DNA of 64,000 nucleotides, taken from the NCBI GenBank assembly GCA_015494465.1, contig WGBD01000007.1:67009-131008 (forward strand), given 5' to 3'. This document shows positions 10,152 to 19,318 of this stretch, piece after piece. The stretch is from Candidatus Omnitrophota bacterium (lineage in GTDB: Bacteria; Omnitrophota; Gorgyraeia; S143-82). A model generated the notes under the pieces. The model did no database searches. It saw nothing but the letters and a program-made list of their open reading frames with translations, and was not told the DNA's origin. Each line of letters begins with the position of its first letter. Within the stretch, counting starts at the first letter, position 1. Both the position numbers and the translations under genes were made by a program.

Positions 10152-11047
10152 CTTCGGTCTTCCTCACCCACCTTCTTAGAGGCCACCGCAGAAAGCAAGT
10201 GGGCCACTATCAAAAGCCCTATCAAGTCCAAGCCAAATACCACATATCCCAAGGCATCGTGAAATCGTCCCAAGGCCACCTCCACCCCGTAAACATCCGC
10301 AACGAACCCCAGAGAAAGCACCCTAAAGACATTCCCTAGGAAGGCAACCAAAGGCGACAAGAGAACCAACATCAGGGTGTATCTGGTGCGCCAGCGCCTG
10401 ACTCGACCCAGCAAAAGGGCTATCGCCATCAGAGACACGATGGAACGCAATCCACTACAAGGGGCACCGACTTCCAACTGGGCCCGAGCGGTAAATATTC
10501 GATTTCCTACTACCTTGGTAGCGATACCAATGGCGCTCAACAACTTTCCCGCCAAGACCGCCGAGACACTCTTCAGATGCAGGGCAACCTGTTCCAGAAA
10601 TACCATGGGTAAAGGAATCGCCAACAGTGAGAAGAAGACCCAAAATCGGATCTTCCTCCAAAGCTGAGCCTCTAGTGAATACCTCAACACCACCAGAACG
10701 GACAGCCAGACCGATAAGGCCAATAGGAAGTAGACCTTTATCCATGAGGAGATGAGATAGAGGAGAGATACGAAGAGGACTGCTACCCAACCAGCCTTTC
10801 CCCCTCTAGCCAATGGCTCAGGCAGTCCACGGATGCGAAAGTCCCGATATAGGTGATAAATAAGCGCTACTATCGCAAGGCCTAGCACCAGAGGCCCGTG
10901 GGAATAATAAGACTCGTAAGCCATCCACCTCTCCCAGAACCAGCGGTAAACGGGCAGGCCCATTACCGCCACACCCACCGACAGGGCCAACCAGGTGAGC
11001 AGATTAATCAAATCTCTCGATGTCGTCTTCCTCGAGATAATCTCCAT
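10148..11047 (-). CDS. Exosortase (EpsH family)
   Basis: About 8 TM; YYSHG, IPLP, catalytic Cys in PCSGLRS, Arg in NVFRV, His in FHD. Confidence 0.92.
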   Translation of the reverse strand: MEIISRKTTSRDLINLLTWLALSVGVAVMGLPVYRWFWERWMAYESYYSHGPLVLGLAIVALIYHLYRDFRIRGLPEPLARGGKAGWVAVLFVSLLYLISSWIKVYFLLALSVWLSVLVVLRYSLEAQLWRKIRFWVFFSLLAIPLPMVFLEQVALHLKSVSAVLAGKLLSAIGIATKVVGNRIFTARAQLEVGAPCSGLRSIVSLMAIALLLGRVRRWRTRYTLMLVLLSPLVAFLGNVFRVLSLGFVADVYGVEVALGRFHDALGYVVFGLDLIGLLIVAHLLSAVASKKVGEEDRR

Positions 11048-12416
11048 TCTGCACCTCTATGATCTCCAAAGGGATCTTGCCGGGATTCTCCAGCTTGTGC
11101 AACTCTCCCGCAGGTATGTAGGTGCTCTCGTTGGGATGGACATAGAACACCTCATCCCCCCGCCTCACCTTGGCCACGCCCCTCAACACTACCCAGTGCT
11201 CACTGCGATGCTGATGCCTCTGGAGGCTGAGGGCCTTGCCGGGATAGACCACTATCCTCTTGGTCTTGTACCTCGGGCCCCGATCCAGGATCACATAATA
11301 TCCCCAACCCCTCTCTACCCTGGCAGGATCTCTCCAGGAAAGGTCCTCTTCCTGCTCCAGCCTCTCTGCGACGGACTTCACCTCCTGAACATCGTCCATG
11401 GAGCAGACCAGGAGGGAGTCCGGCGTATCTACCACCACCAGGTCCTGCACCCCTACCAGCCCCACCGTCTTGTCCTTAGGAGAGATAACCAAACTCCCCC
11501 GGGCAGATTCTGAGACCACTCGTCCCAAGAACACATTCCCCTGCTCGTCTTTGTCGTACATCTCGTAGACTGCAGACCAGCTCCCCAGATCAGACCAACT
11601 GAACCTAGCAGGCGAGCACCACAGCTCGTCCAGTTTCTCCAAAAAGGCATAGTCTATCGATATGGAAGGCACCATGTCGTAGGCCTTCACCAGAGCTTCC
11701 TCCCCAGAGGCGTCGGCTATAGGTCGATACACCTCTGGCATCAACTCCTCTGCCTTTCGCGAGAAGGCCTCCAGGTCGAAGAGGAACATACCGCTATTCC
11801 AGAGATATCTACCCTCCGAGACATAGGCCTTGGCCCTGTCTAGGTCGGGCTTCTCGGTAAAACCTAAAACCTTACGGAGCTCAAACCGGGTATCGTCACC
11901 TAGACGCTCTCCCCCCACCTCTATGTACCCATAGCCAGTCGCGGGATAGGTAGGTGGTATGCCGAATACCACAAAAATCTTCCCCTCTCGGCACCTCTCA
12001 CCTGCCCAAGAGAGCTGGTGTCGAAATCTCTCCGTCTCTCGAATAAGGTGATCACAGGGAAGCATAACGCAGGGCCCACCCGCCCCTAACTCCTTGAGGG
12101 TCTTGACCGCCAACACGAGGGCGGGTGCGGTGTTCCTGCCTCGGGGCTCAGAAAGGAACACGGTCCTTCCCCTAGGGATACCGATATTATCTAGCTGCTG
12201 AGACAGAAGTCTACTCTGATCTGAGTTGGTCACCACTACCAACTTGCCCTCTTCCCCAAGCAGGTCCCACACCCTCATCACCGTCTCCTCGAAGAGGCTG
12301 GAATTACCGAAGAGAGATATGAGGTGTTTCGGGAGACCCTTTCTGCTGAGGGGCCAGAGCCTAGTTCCCTTCCCACCCGCAAGGAGTATCGCGTGCACTT
12401 CTCGACCTACCTCCAC
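11004..12416 (-). CDS. manC: Mannose-1-phosphate guanylyltransferase/mannose-6-phosphate isomerase
   Basis: LAGGKGTRLWPLSR..PK, EP.GRNTAPA, TGYGYI, WNSGMF, SIDYA, WSDLGSW, C-terminal cupin LSLQRHQHRSEHW. Confidence 0.95.
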   Translation of the reverse strand: MEVGREVHAILLAGGKGTRLWPLSRKGLPKHLISLFGNSSLFEETVMRVWDLLGEEGKLVVVTNSDQSRLLSQQLDNIGIPRGRTVFLSEPRGRNTAPALVLAVKTLKELGAGGPCVMLPCDHLIRETERFRHQLSWAGERCREGKIFVVFGIPPTYPATGYGYIEVGGERLGDDTRFELRKVLGFTEKPDLDRAKAYVSEGRYLWNSGMFLFDLEAFSRKAEELMPEVYRPIADASGEEALVKAYDMVPSISIDYAFLEKLDELWCSPARFSWSDLGSWSAVYEMYDKDEQGNVFLGRVVSESARGSLVISPKDKTVGLVGVQDLVVVDTPDSLLVCSMDDVQEVKSVAERLEQEEDLSWRDPARVERGWGYYVILDRGPRYKTKRIVVYPGKALSLQRHQHRSEHWVVLRGVAKVRRGDEVFYVHPNESTYIPAGELHKLENPGKIPLEIIEVQNGDYLEEDDIERFD

Positions 12417-13531
12417 TTTACTGAATAGTCACCCCGCACATACCTCACCAGGGCCACAACCGCTGCCAGATTCATCACAAAGAAGGTATACGGCAGGGAC
12501 AACCTGCCCCTCGGCACCACCCCAAGAGAAAGTGGCACCACCGCCAGAAGGTAAAAGGCCGTCTGCAGGGCAAAGAACAGACCTGCCCACAGTGAGCCCG
12601 CTAAGGCGCTGGCAACATAACATACTACCATCGCATAGGGTACAAATAAACGAAATAGTTTGTGGGACAAAAACTGCCAGAATACCGGGTTCTTTAGGCT
12701 TACGAAGAAGGGATCAAGAGCGACTAGCTGAAAGTTCCCTATCAAAGTCCGCACCTTCCTTTGAAATTCCTCCCATTCGTCCTTGGCCACCCGATCGTAT
12801 ATCACCGCCTCCCGCTGAAAGACTATCCTCTTGCCCGCCCTTATCGCGTTAAAGGGCTGATAGACATCGTCGAGTATGACATCCCTCGGCAGGTCCGACA
12901 CCAATGAACCCCGCATTGCGTAAAGGGCACCAGTAGCACCCGTCAGGGAGAAGAACCTGGATTCACAGTCGCGAATAAGCTTCTCGTATCGCCAGTAAAG
13001 GCCTATGTCCCCCCTCACCTCACCCACATCGTCCAAAAACACCAACTCCCCGCTTACCGCTCCTACCGAAGGATCCCCCAAAGGTCTGATCAAGGTCCTA
13101 AGTGCGGAGGGGGCCAATGCCTGCCTGGCATCGCTAAAGACCACCACCTCCGCAGATAGATCCCGAGTGAGCTCGTTCAATACTGTCGGCTTACCCATAC
13201 GCTGGGCAAAGACCTGTATGGAGATGTTCTGGGATAGATCACCGAGGGCACTCCTTATACGCAAGGCCTCTTCCTGAGTTCCCTCGTCCAATCCAATCCT
13301 GACCTCTAACCGATCCAACGGATAGTCCGAGGCGAACACGCTCTTCAACTTCTCTATCAAAGCCTCCACCTCCCGATAACAGGAGATCACCATCGTGATC
13401 CTCGGGAGAAAATCCCCTTCCTTAACCGGCCTTGGTCTTATCCTCGCCAAACAACACATCAGCAGTGGATACCCCAGATAGGTGTACCCTACAAACAGGC
13501 AACTCGTTATCATTGCAACTTCTGCGATCAT
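12407..13531 (-). CDS. Membrane glycosyltransferase family 2 (CesA-like)
   Basis: N-terminal TM, GK..LN, FSDA, GATGALYA, LDD, RKVRT..GNFQ, C-terminal TM helices. Confidence 0.88.
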   Translation of the reverse strand: MIAEVAMITSCLFVGYTYLGYPLLMCCLARIRPRPVKEGDFLPRITMVISCYREVEALIEKLKSVFASDYPLDRLEVRIGLDEGTQEEALRIRSALGDLSQNISIQVFAQRMGKPTVLNELTRDLSAEVVVFSDARQALAPSALRTLIRPLGDPSVGAVSGELVFLDDVGEVRGDIGLYWRYEKLIRDCESRFFSLTGATGALYAMRGSLVSDLPRDVILDDVYQPFNAIRAGKRIVFQREAVIYDRVAKDEWEEFQRKVRTLIGNFQLVALDPFFVSLKNPVFWQFLSHKLFRLFVPYAMVVCYVASALAGSLWAGLFFALQTAFYLLAVVPLSLGVVPRGRLSLPYTFFVMNLAAVVALVRYVRGDYSVKWR

Positions 13532-14220
13532 CTCCGGGAATAAAAACGAGACTTTATCGATTCGTAAACTCTACCTCCCAGCAATCTCTTCAGGGCCAAG
13601 GCAGAAAACCTGCGGACTTTTAGCCAACCCAGGTAAACTGGATCCTGGGAGAGAACCCTTTCCAATTGGGAGACCCCGTCAACCTTCCGAACGACGAATC
13701 TCGGAGCCAAGAATTCACCCCTCCAAACTCCGGGCTCGGAAGTAAAGGCGACCTCTACCCCGTAGTCCCTTAACACATCTTCACTGCGGGGGGGCACTAC
13801 GCCGTGGGGAAAGGAAAACCAGACAGGTCCCTGCAGCCACCTATTCAACTTATCTATCGCCTTCCTCAACTGGGCCTCTAACTCCTCTCGAGAGCTTATC
13901 GGTTTGTGCTCGTATCCGTGCAGACCGATCCTGATCCCTGCCTCTCTCAGTATGTCCAACTCCCCTTCCGCAAGCATCTTTCTTCCCTGCAAGGTTTCAC
14001 CCAGATAGGCTGGTGAGACGAAGACTACCGTCTCTATACCGGATTCCACTATCGGATCCAAGGCCTCCAGAATGGAGTTATACCCATCGTCAAAGGAGAG
14101 GATCACTCTACCTGAATAGGCCTTGATCACCCGCAGGTGATCCAAGAATCTCGGGAGGGAAACGGTATAGGGATCTCCATCCTCACCTATGTGGTGATAC
14201 ATCAGGACTACCTTCTCCAC
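13528..14220 (-). CDS. Polysaccharide deacetylase (CE4, IcaB/PgaB-like)
   Basis: LMYH, SFDDG, HGYEH metal motif, FSFPHG. Confidence 0.88.
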   Translation of the reverse strand: MEKVVLMYHHIGEDGDPYTVSLPRFLDHLRVIKAYSGRVILSFDDGYNSILEALDPIVESGIETVVFVSPAYLGETLQGRKMLAEGELDILREAGIRIGLHGYEHKPISSREELEAQLRKAIDKLNRWLQGPVWFSFPHGVVPPRSEDVLRDYGVEVAFTSEPGVWRGEFLAPRFVVRKVDGVSQLERVLSQDPVYLGWLKVRRFSALALKRLLGGRVYESIKSRFYSRR

Positions 14221-16471
14221 CCAACACCTCGGAAAGGAATTCCCCTATCTCGTCCCTGCGCTTCAACAATTGACGGCCATCGTGTGTATACCTGGTAAAG
14301 GAATCCCAGAGCGAAGAGAAATCCAACAGGCGTCTCAATTGCTGGCGTTGCTCGAGAGGGAGATCCCTATTCTCCAATCCCTTCAAGAGGACCAGATACT
14401 CGTAGTCCTCCATACCGTCCCTAAATATCTCGTCCCTTATGCTGGGAACGATCTCGTCTTTATAGGGATAAAACAGACTACCGTTGCCGTTTTGCTGCCA
14501 CGGGGTATTGAAGGTAACCTCCCAGGGATTTCCCCCCTGCCAGAAGTTGACCGCCCAATACAGAAAACCCTTGATACCCTTTTCGAACATCATCCAGGGC
14601 AGGATACGATGCTCTACCCCCAGAGAGTCTATCACCAGGTTAGGGGTTTTGCCGTCGGGCCCAGAGACATACATCCATATCTCCATACCTCGCTCCATCA
14701 ACCTCCGCATCCCCAGCCGGTTATAACTGGCGATCTGGAAACACCAGATGTCTATGTCCTTGCCCCAATCGGGATTGACCGCGGGATCCCAGAACCCGTG
14801 ATAGCAGACCATGTTCTTCAGGCCGGGTGCAACCGAATGTATGGCGAAGCACACCCTTGCCACGAAGGGATCGCCTATCTTGCCCTCGTCCCAGGTGTAG
14901 ATGTAGGCCATGTCCAACAGTCCCATCTTGTCCAGGACATGGGCGTAATCCGCGTACCTGTCCGCCACTTCCTTCAACTTCTTCGGATCCCGGGGCCAGT
15001 TGTTCCCAAAACTTCCTCCGTAGCGCCCCACCGCAAAGGCATTGAGACCCCGATTTAGCAGGTCCTGGATCTCCTCCTTAAACCCGATCGCGGTGGGTTC
15101 CACCTTCAACATAGGGGACATGCGATACTCCAACATGAGGCTGTGGAGTTGATGCTTTATCTTTCTCAACCTTGCCTTCCACAGCCTGTAATCCTCCCCC
15201 TTCTTGCGGGGAAAGTACTCGGCAAAGAACGAGTCGTAGACATCGAAGGCGGTCTTGAGCGTGGGTCTTCTAGGGATAGAGAAGTCCCACACCTTTACGG
15301 TCAACGGTACCTCGTAGATCAGCTCCCCGCTGGATCCATCCACCAACCTAACCATCCCCGAATAGGTCCCTGCCTTTATTCTCTCACCCGCCTTAATCCT
15401 CACCAGGAGCAGACACATCTTCCCTTTGGATAGGTGGACCCTTCCCTTCACCTCCAACATTGGATCCGGCCACCACCCTACATGCGTGACCGGGTAATAG
15501 GGCCTTTTGGTCTTGACGAATCTCACCTCGTAGATCTCACACTTCAGGTTGGCCTTTAGGTCTAGCTCTATACGGAGATCCACATCCCGCTTCACATCGA
15601 ACAAGACGATCTGTTGGGACTCTGCCTCCCCTTTGGCCATTTTCAGGGATAGCACCTTGCCCATCTCCAGACGGTTGCGAAGATAGGAGCGCTTAGGTAT
15701 AACCTTAAAGATGCTATCTACCACCCCATAGGAGAAGGGCTTGACCACCTCTCCCGCAAAGGCAAGTCCCTCCCAAGCGAGGCCAGGGCTGCATTCCGCC
15801 TGGCGATTAGCGCAGTACTGTCCCAGTCCGTCCAGATACAGCTCCACGGTACTGCTAGGGGAGGGCAAGAAGATCTTTATGTAGGATATCGCCTTGGGAT
15901 CCAGGTTCTGGGAGAGCTCTGATAGGGGGATCCGCACCTTGGTCCACTTACCTGGTGCAAGGGAGTATGTGCGCTCGAAGACCTTTTTGGGATAGTTGGC
16001 CCCGCTCTTCAGCTTGACCACCAACCTCTGCTCGAACTGAGAGCGATTGAAGGCGTCAAATCCAAAGTACTCGCATCCCGACAGGTCCAGCAACCTAGAG
16101 ACATTGAACACCTCCCAATACAACCCCGGATAACTCGCCCCCGCAGGGAACTCTAGGTAGAGAGACCTCTTCCCCTCACTGGCCATCTCCGAGGTGAGCT
16201 CTGCGTACAACCCGTCGGTAAGCCGAAAGAACTTGAGGTCTCCCTGTTTCTCAAACCCCAAAAACCAACGGTCAGTTTTACCCCTCTTCCCCTGCTCCTT
16301 ATTGCCTCCAGCTGTGGAGGTAAAAGGCCTGCTCAAGCGCTTGCTCGTCTCCCGTATAGAGGAGAAGTCAGCGATCCCGCCCTCTTCCTTACCTAGTCCA
16401 TAACACACCACGAAGACCCCACAGGCCCCGAGGGCCAGACCTATCAAGAACGCAACTATCACATCCCGCAT
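14183..16471 (-). CDS. Membrane-anchored DUF4091/GH123-like glycoside hydrolase with N-terminal carbohydrate-binding-like domain
   Basis: N-terminal anchor, beta-sandwich region, AKGEAESQQIV, WPDP, VKVWDF, WDE acid pair, GFLYWA, GNGSLFYP, SIRDEIFRDGMEDYEYL. Confidence 0.75.
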   Translation of the reverse strand: MRDVIVAFLIGLALGACGVFVVCYGLGKEEGGIADFSSIRETSKRLSRPFTSTAGGNKEQGKRGKTDRWFLGFEKQGDLKFFRLTDGLYAELTSEMASEGKRSLYLEFPAGASYPGLYWEVFNVSRLLDLSGCEYFGFDAFNRSQFEQRLVVKLKSGANYPKKVFERTYSLAPGKWTKVRIPLSELSQNLDPKAISYIKIFLPSPSSTVELYLDGLGQYCANRQAECSPGLAWEGLAFAGEVVKPFSYGVVDSIFKVIPKRSYLRNRLEMGKVLSLKMAKGEAESQQIVLFDVKRDVDLRIELDLKANLKCEIYEVRFVKTKRPYYPVTHVGWWPDPMLEVKGRVHLSKGKMCLLLVRIKAGERIKAGTYSGMVRLVDGSSGELIYEVPLTVKVWDFSIPRRPTLKTAFDVYDSFFAEYFPRKKGEDYRLWKARLRKIKHQLHSLMLEYRMSPMLKVEPTAIGFKEEIQDLLNRGLNAFAVGRYGGSFGNNWPRDPKKLKEVADRYADYAHVLDKMGLLDMAYIYTWDEGKIGDPFVARVCFAIHSVAPGLKNMVCYHGFWDPAVNPDWGKDIDIWCFQIASYNRLGMRRLMERGMEIWMYVSGPDGKTPNLVIDSLGVEHRILPWMMFEKGIKGFLYWAVNFWQGGNPWEVTFNTPWQQNGNGSLFYPYKDEIVPSIRDEIFRDGMEDYEYLVLLKGLENRDLPLEQRQQLRRLLDFSSLWDSFTRYTHDGRQLLKRRDEIGEFLSEVLGGEGSPDVSPHR

Positions 16472-17553
16472 GTTACCTCCTTCAACAATTCCTCGTACCT
16501 GGATATCATCCTCTCCAGGCTGTACTCTCGCTTTATCCTCTCCCTGGCCATCTGGCCCATTGTTCTCCTCACTTCCTCGTTTTCGTAAAGACTTAGTATT
16601 GCCCCTGCCAGGTCCATCGGATCGTCTGGGCTCACATAAAGACCGCAGTTGCCCAAGACCTCCTTGTTAGGGGCTATGGCAGTTGCTATACAAGGCCTCC
16701 CAGCGGACATGTATTCCAACAAGGTGTTGGACATCCCCTCGTCTCTTGAGAGCTGAACGCAGACATCCGAGCGAGAAAGGATCTCAGGGATGTCCTTCCT
16801 CTCCCCTAAAAACTCCACCACCGACTCCAATCCCTTAGCGTGCACCAAACCCTTGAGGCTGGACATCGTCCCTTTGTCCTTACCCACCAACCAGATCCTC
16901 ATTTCCGGAATCCGCGCCCTTATCAGCGAAGCGGACTCTATGAGCAGACGGTGATTCTTTACCTCCGAAAGGTTTGCTACATAGGTGATCACGAACCCCT
17001 CTCCTTCTTTCCCCTTCTCTTCGACAAGAAAGGATTCCACCCCGTTGGGAATGACCCTTACCTTCGCCTCGGGAAGGCCCTGTTGTCTGCGCAAGACCTC
17101 CTTTACATAGTGAGAGACCGCGCAGACATAATCGAACCGAGGATTTATAAACCAGCGGTAGACCCAAGGATGGTACGGTCTCATCCAGAAACCTGCATCC
17201 CTGCGCATCGAGACCATGGCCCCAGGATAAGAATCCCTCAAGAACATGGCCAGCCACAGGTCCGCACCGAAGTGATAGGAGAATATACTGCAGTAGGCCC
17301 TCTGGGCAATCCGCTTCCTCCAACGACAGGCAACCTCTCTGCCCCGAGGCGAATACACCCGCGATACCTTCTCGACGAAGACCTCTATCCCTTCCCGCTC
17401 AAACGAGGCCCTGTCCTTGCAATCCGACTGCAGGACCAACAGGTCTACCTTCCATCCTCTCTGGACCAATCCCTTAGCAAGTAGATACATCTGCTTCTCC
17501 GCACCCCCGGTGATCGCGTCCAGATAATCGGTTACTAAGAGCAGCCGCCTCAT
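16459..17553 (-). CDS. Glycosyltransferase family 4
   Basis: GGAEKQ, VIPNGV, KNH, EGMSNTLLEYMSAG (EX7E). Confidence 0.92.
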   Translation of the reverse strand: MRRLLLVTDYLDAITGGAEKQMYLLAKGLVQRGWKVDLLVLQSDCKDRASFEREGIEVFVEKVSRVYSPRGREVACRWRKRIAQRAYCSIFSYHFGADLWLAMFLRDSYPGAMVSMRRDAGFWMRPYHPWVYRWFINPRFDYVCAVSHYVKEVLRRQQGLPEAKVRVIPNGVESFLVEEKGKEGEGFVITYVANLSEVKNHRLLIESASLIRARIPEMRIWLVGKDKGTMSSLKGLVHAKGLESVVEFLGERKDIPEILSRSDVCVQLSRDEGMSNTLLEYMSAGRPCIATAIAPNKEVLGNCGLYVSPDDPMDLAGAILSLYENEEVRRTMGQMARERIKREYSLERMISRYEELLKEVTCGM

Positions 17554-18902
17554 GCCCTATCCCTCGCGTACTCGTAGCTGGCCCTTGCCACTATCCCTGC
17601 GGAGACCGCAAGGTACATGTTAATGGGCAGATAGGCAAGCCTGGTCCCAAACATGTTACCCAGCAGTAAGGCCAGGATAGAACCGACGAGCCCCAAGGCC
17701 ATGGCCCTTAGGAACCACACATCCGCCTTGCGCCAGACCCGGTAGGCGATGAACAAGAGCCGAACGAACAGGTAGATCACCGCCATCAGCGAAGGCAACC
17801 CCATCTCCAGGGCTATGTCGTAGTACATGTTGTGGGTATCCCTGGGCAGTAAAAAGGCGGAGGCGTTGTAGCCGTAGCCTAGTATTGGCGAGGCCATGAT
17901 TTTCTGCCTCGCTATCCGCCAGACATTCTTGCGCCCCTTTATGCTGGCGTCCTCGTGGGTAATGGAAGTGAGTCTCTCCCTCACCGATACCGGCCACAGC
18001 GGATAGGACAACACCCCTAACAACACCAATAGGGCGAACACCCGCCGATCCTTTATCCAAGACATCCCACCCAATCCCAAGAAACACGACAGGTAGGCCC
18101 CCCGGGAATAGGTCATGAACAGGGCGTGGATCCCCAGTAATACCAGCAGAATAGAAAACAGGCGCAATGGTACATAGGGATGCTCCAGGGCTAGGGCGAA
18201 GACAAAAGGCAGGCCCTGGGCGTAATAGGTGCCCAGCTCGTTTGCCCCTCCACCGCCTTCGAAGGATCCAGGGATGCGCATCTTGTGGGAATAGTGCCAA
18301 GAGGCGACCGCGCTGTGCTGGGAAATGGTGACCCTAATCTCGTAAATCAGACCCAATACCATCACCCCAAAGAGGGCGATTATGTAGATGGGGCGCCGTA
18401 ACGAGAAGGAGTTCATAGAGAGCAACAGGACGATGTAGAAGGTAATGTAGCGCTTGAAACTGTTTAACTCCTCCCCCACGAGGGAATAACCAAAGAATGA
18501 GGCCCCTCTTATAAACGAGATAATGGCGAATACCAAGATTACCAATATCGGGATGTTGATAGGAGACGGCCTTACAAAGTCCTCCCTGCGCACCGCTGAA
18601 CCCAACAACCACCCCATCACGATCAAGACGAGAAATATGTTAGTCAGATTGACCCCTGAACCAAAGTTAAAGGTCCCAGTCATGAATGGCTCGTTGATGA
18701 TCAACAAGGTCCAGACCAGTAGGGGAATCTCCGGGCTGAACACCGCGCAGAAGAACAAGATCGCTCCCAAAAACAAGGCCAGGGTGATCTTGAGCCCTAG
18801 GACGAACATGCTCCAAAGGAGGATAAAGGAGAAGCCGATCCCTGCCAATAGGAGCCAACGCCAGTCTAGATATACGAACTCCTTCTCGTCAATTCGATAC
18901 AT
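17550..18902 (-). CDS. O-antigen ligase/Wzy-like polymerase or O-oligosaccharyltransferase
   Basis: About 12 TM; NELG, TYSRGA, PILGYG, DTHNMY..IALEMG. Confidence 0.85.
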   Translation of the reverse strand: MYRIDEKEFVYLDWRWLLLAGIGFSFILLWSMFVLGLKITLALFLGAILFFCAVFSPEIPLLVWTLLIINEPFMTGTFNFGSGVNLTNIFLVLIVMGWLLGSAVRREDFVRPSPINIPILVILVFAIISFIRGASFFGYSLVGEELNSFKRYITFYIVLLLSMNSFSLRRPIYIIALFGVMVLGLIYEIRVTISQHSAVASWHYSHKMRIPGSFEGGGGANELGTYYAQGLPFVFALALEHPYVPLRLFSILLVLLGIHALFMTYSRGAYLSCFLGLGGMSWIKDRRVFALLVLLGVLSYPLWPVSVRERLTSITHEDASIKGRKNVWRIARQKIMASPILGYGYNASAFLLPRDTHNMYYDIALEMGLPSLMAVIYLFVRLLFIAYRVWRKADVWFLRAMALGLVGSILALLLGNMFGTRLAYLPINMYLAVSAGIVARASYEYARDRA

Positions 18903-18916
18903 GGGCCGAGATCTAC

Positions 18917-19318
18917 CTACATTGCATAGGTGTTCTCTATGGTCCCGTCCCGGTTTATTCCAATGACATAGGGTTGATCCCTAGTCAGCTGATAGGAGGT
19001 CCTGTTGGCGTAACACACATCGGCTATGCTGGTATCTGGGGTGTCCCCAAGGTGGAACTCAAAGTACCTGGCAAAGGATTGGTCAGGTGGGGTTATGTCC
19101 AGGCTATTGAAGTAGGCGTCCGAGGATATCCACACCGCGTGTTCCGCGTAATAGCGAATCAAGGCCATCCTTATCTGACCCAGATACTTCAAGGCCTCGG
19201 ATTGCCTGGCCCTCTCCACCGTCTTAAAGTAGACCTGCTCCCCTAACGAGATCAGGATCCCGAGTATGATCAGGACCATCACCAGCTCCAAAAGGGTAAA
19301 TCCCGGTTTCGCCTTCAT
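18917..19318 (-). CDS. Type IV pilin-like protein
   Basis: Class III signal KPG|FTLLEL followed by a hydrophobic helix, then ERARQSEA; ATG overlaps the dxs stop. Confidence 0.9.
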   Translation of the reverse strand: MKAKPGFTLLELVMVLIILGILISLGEQVYFKTVERARQSEALKYLGQIRMALIRYYAEHAVWISSDAYFNSLDITPPDQSFARYFEFHLGDTPDTSIADVCYANRTSYQLTRDQPYVIGINRDGTIENTYAM

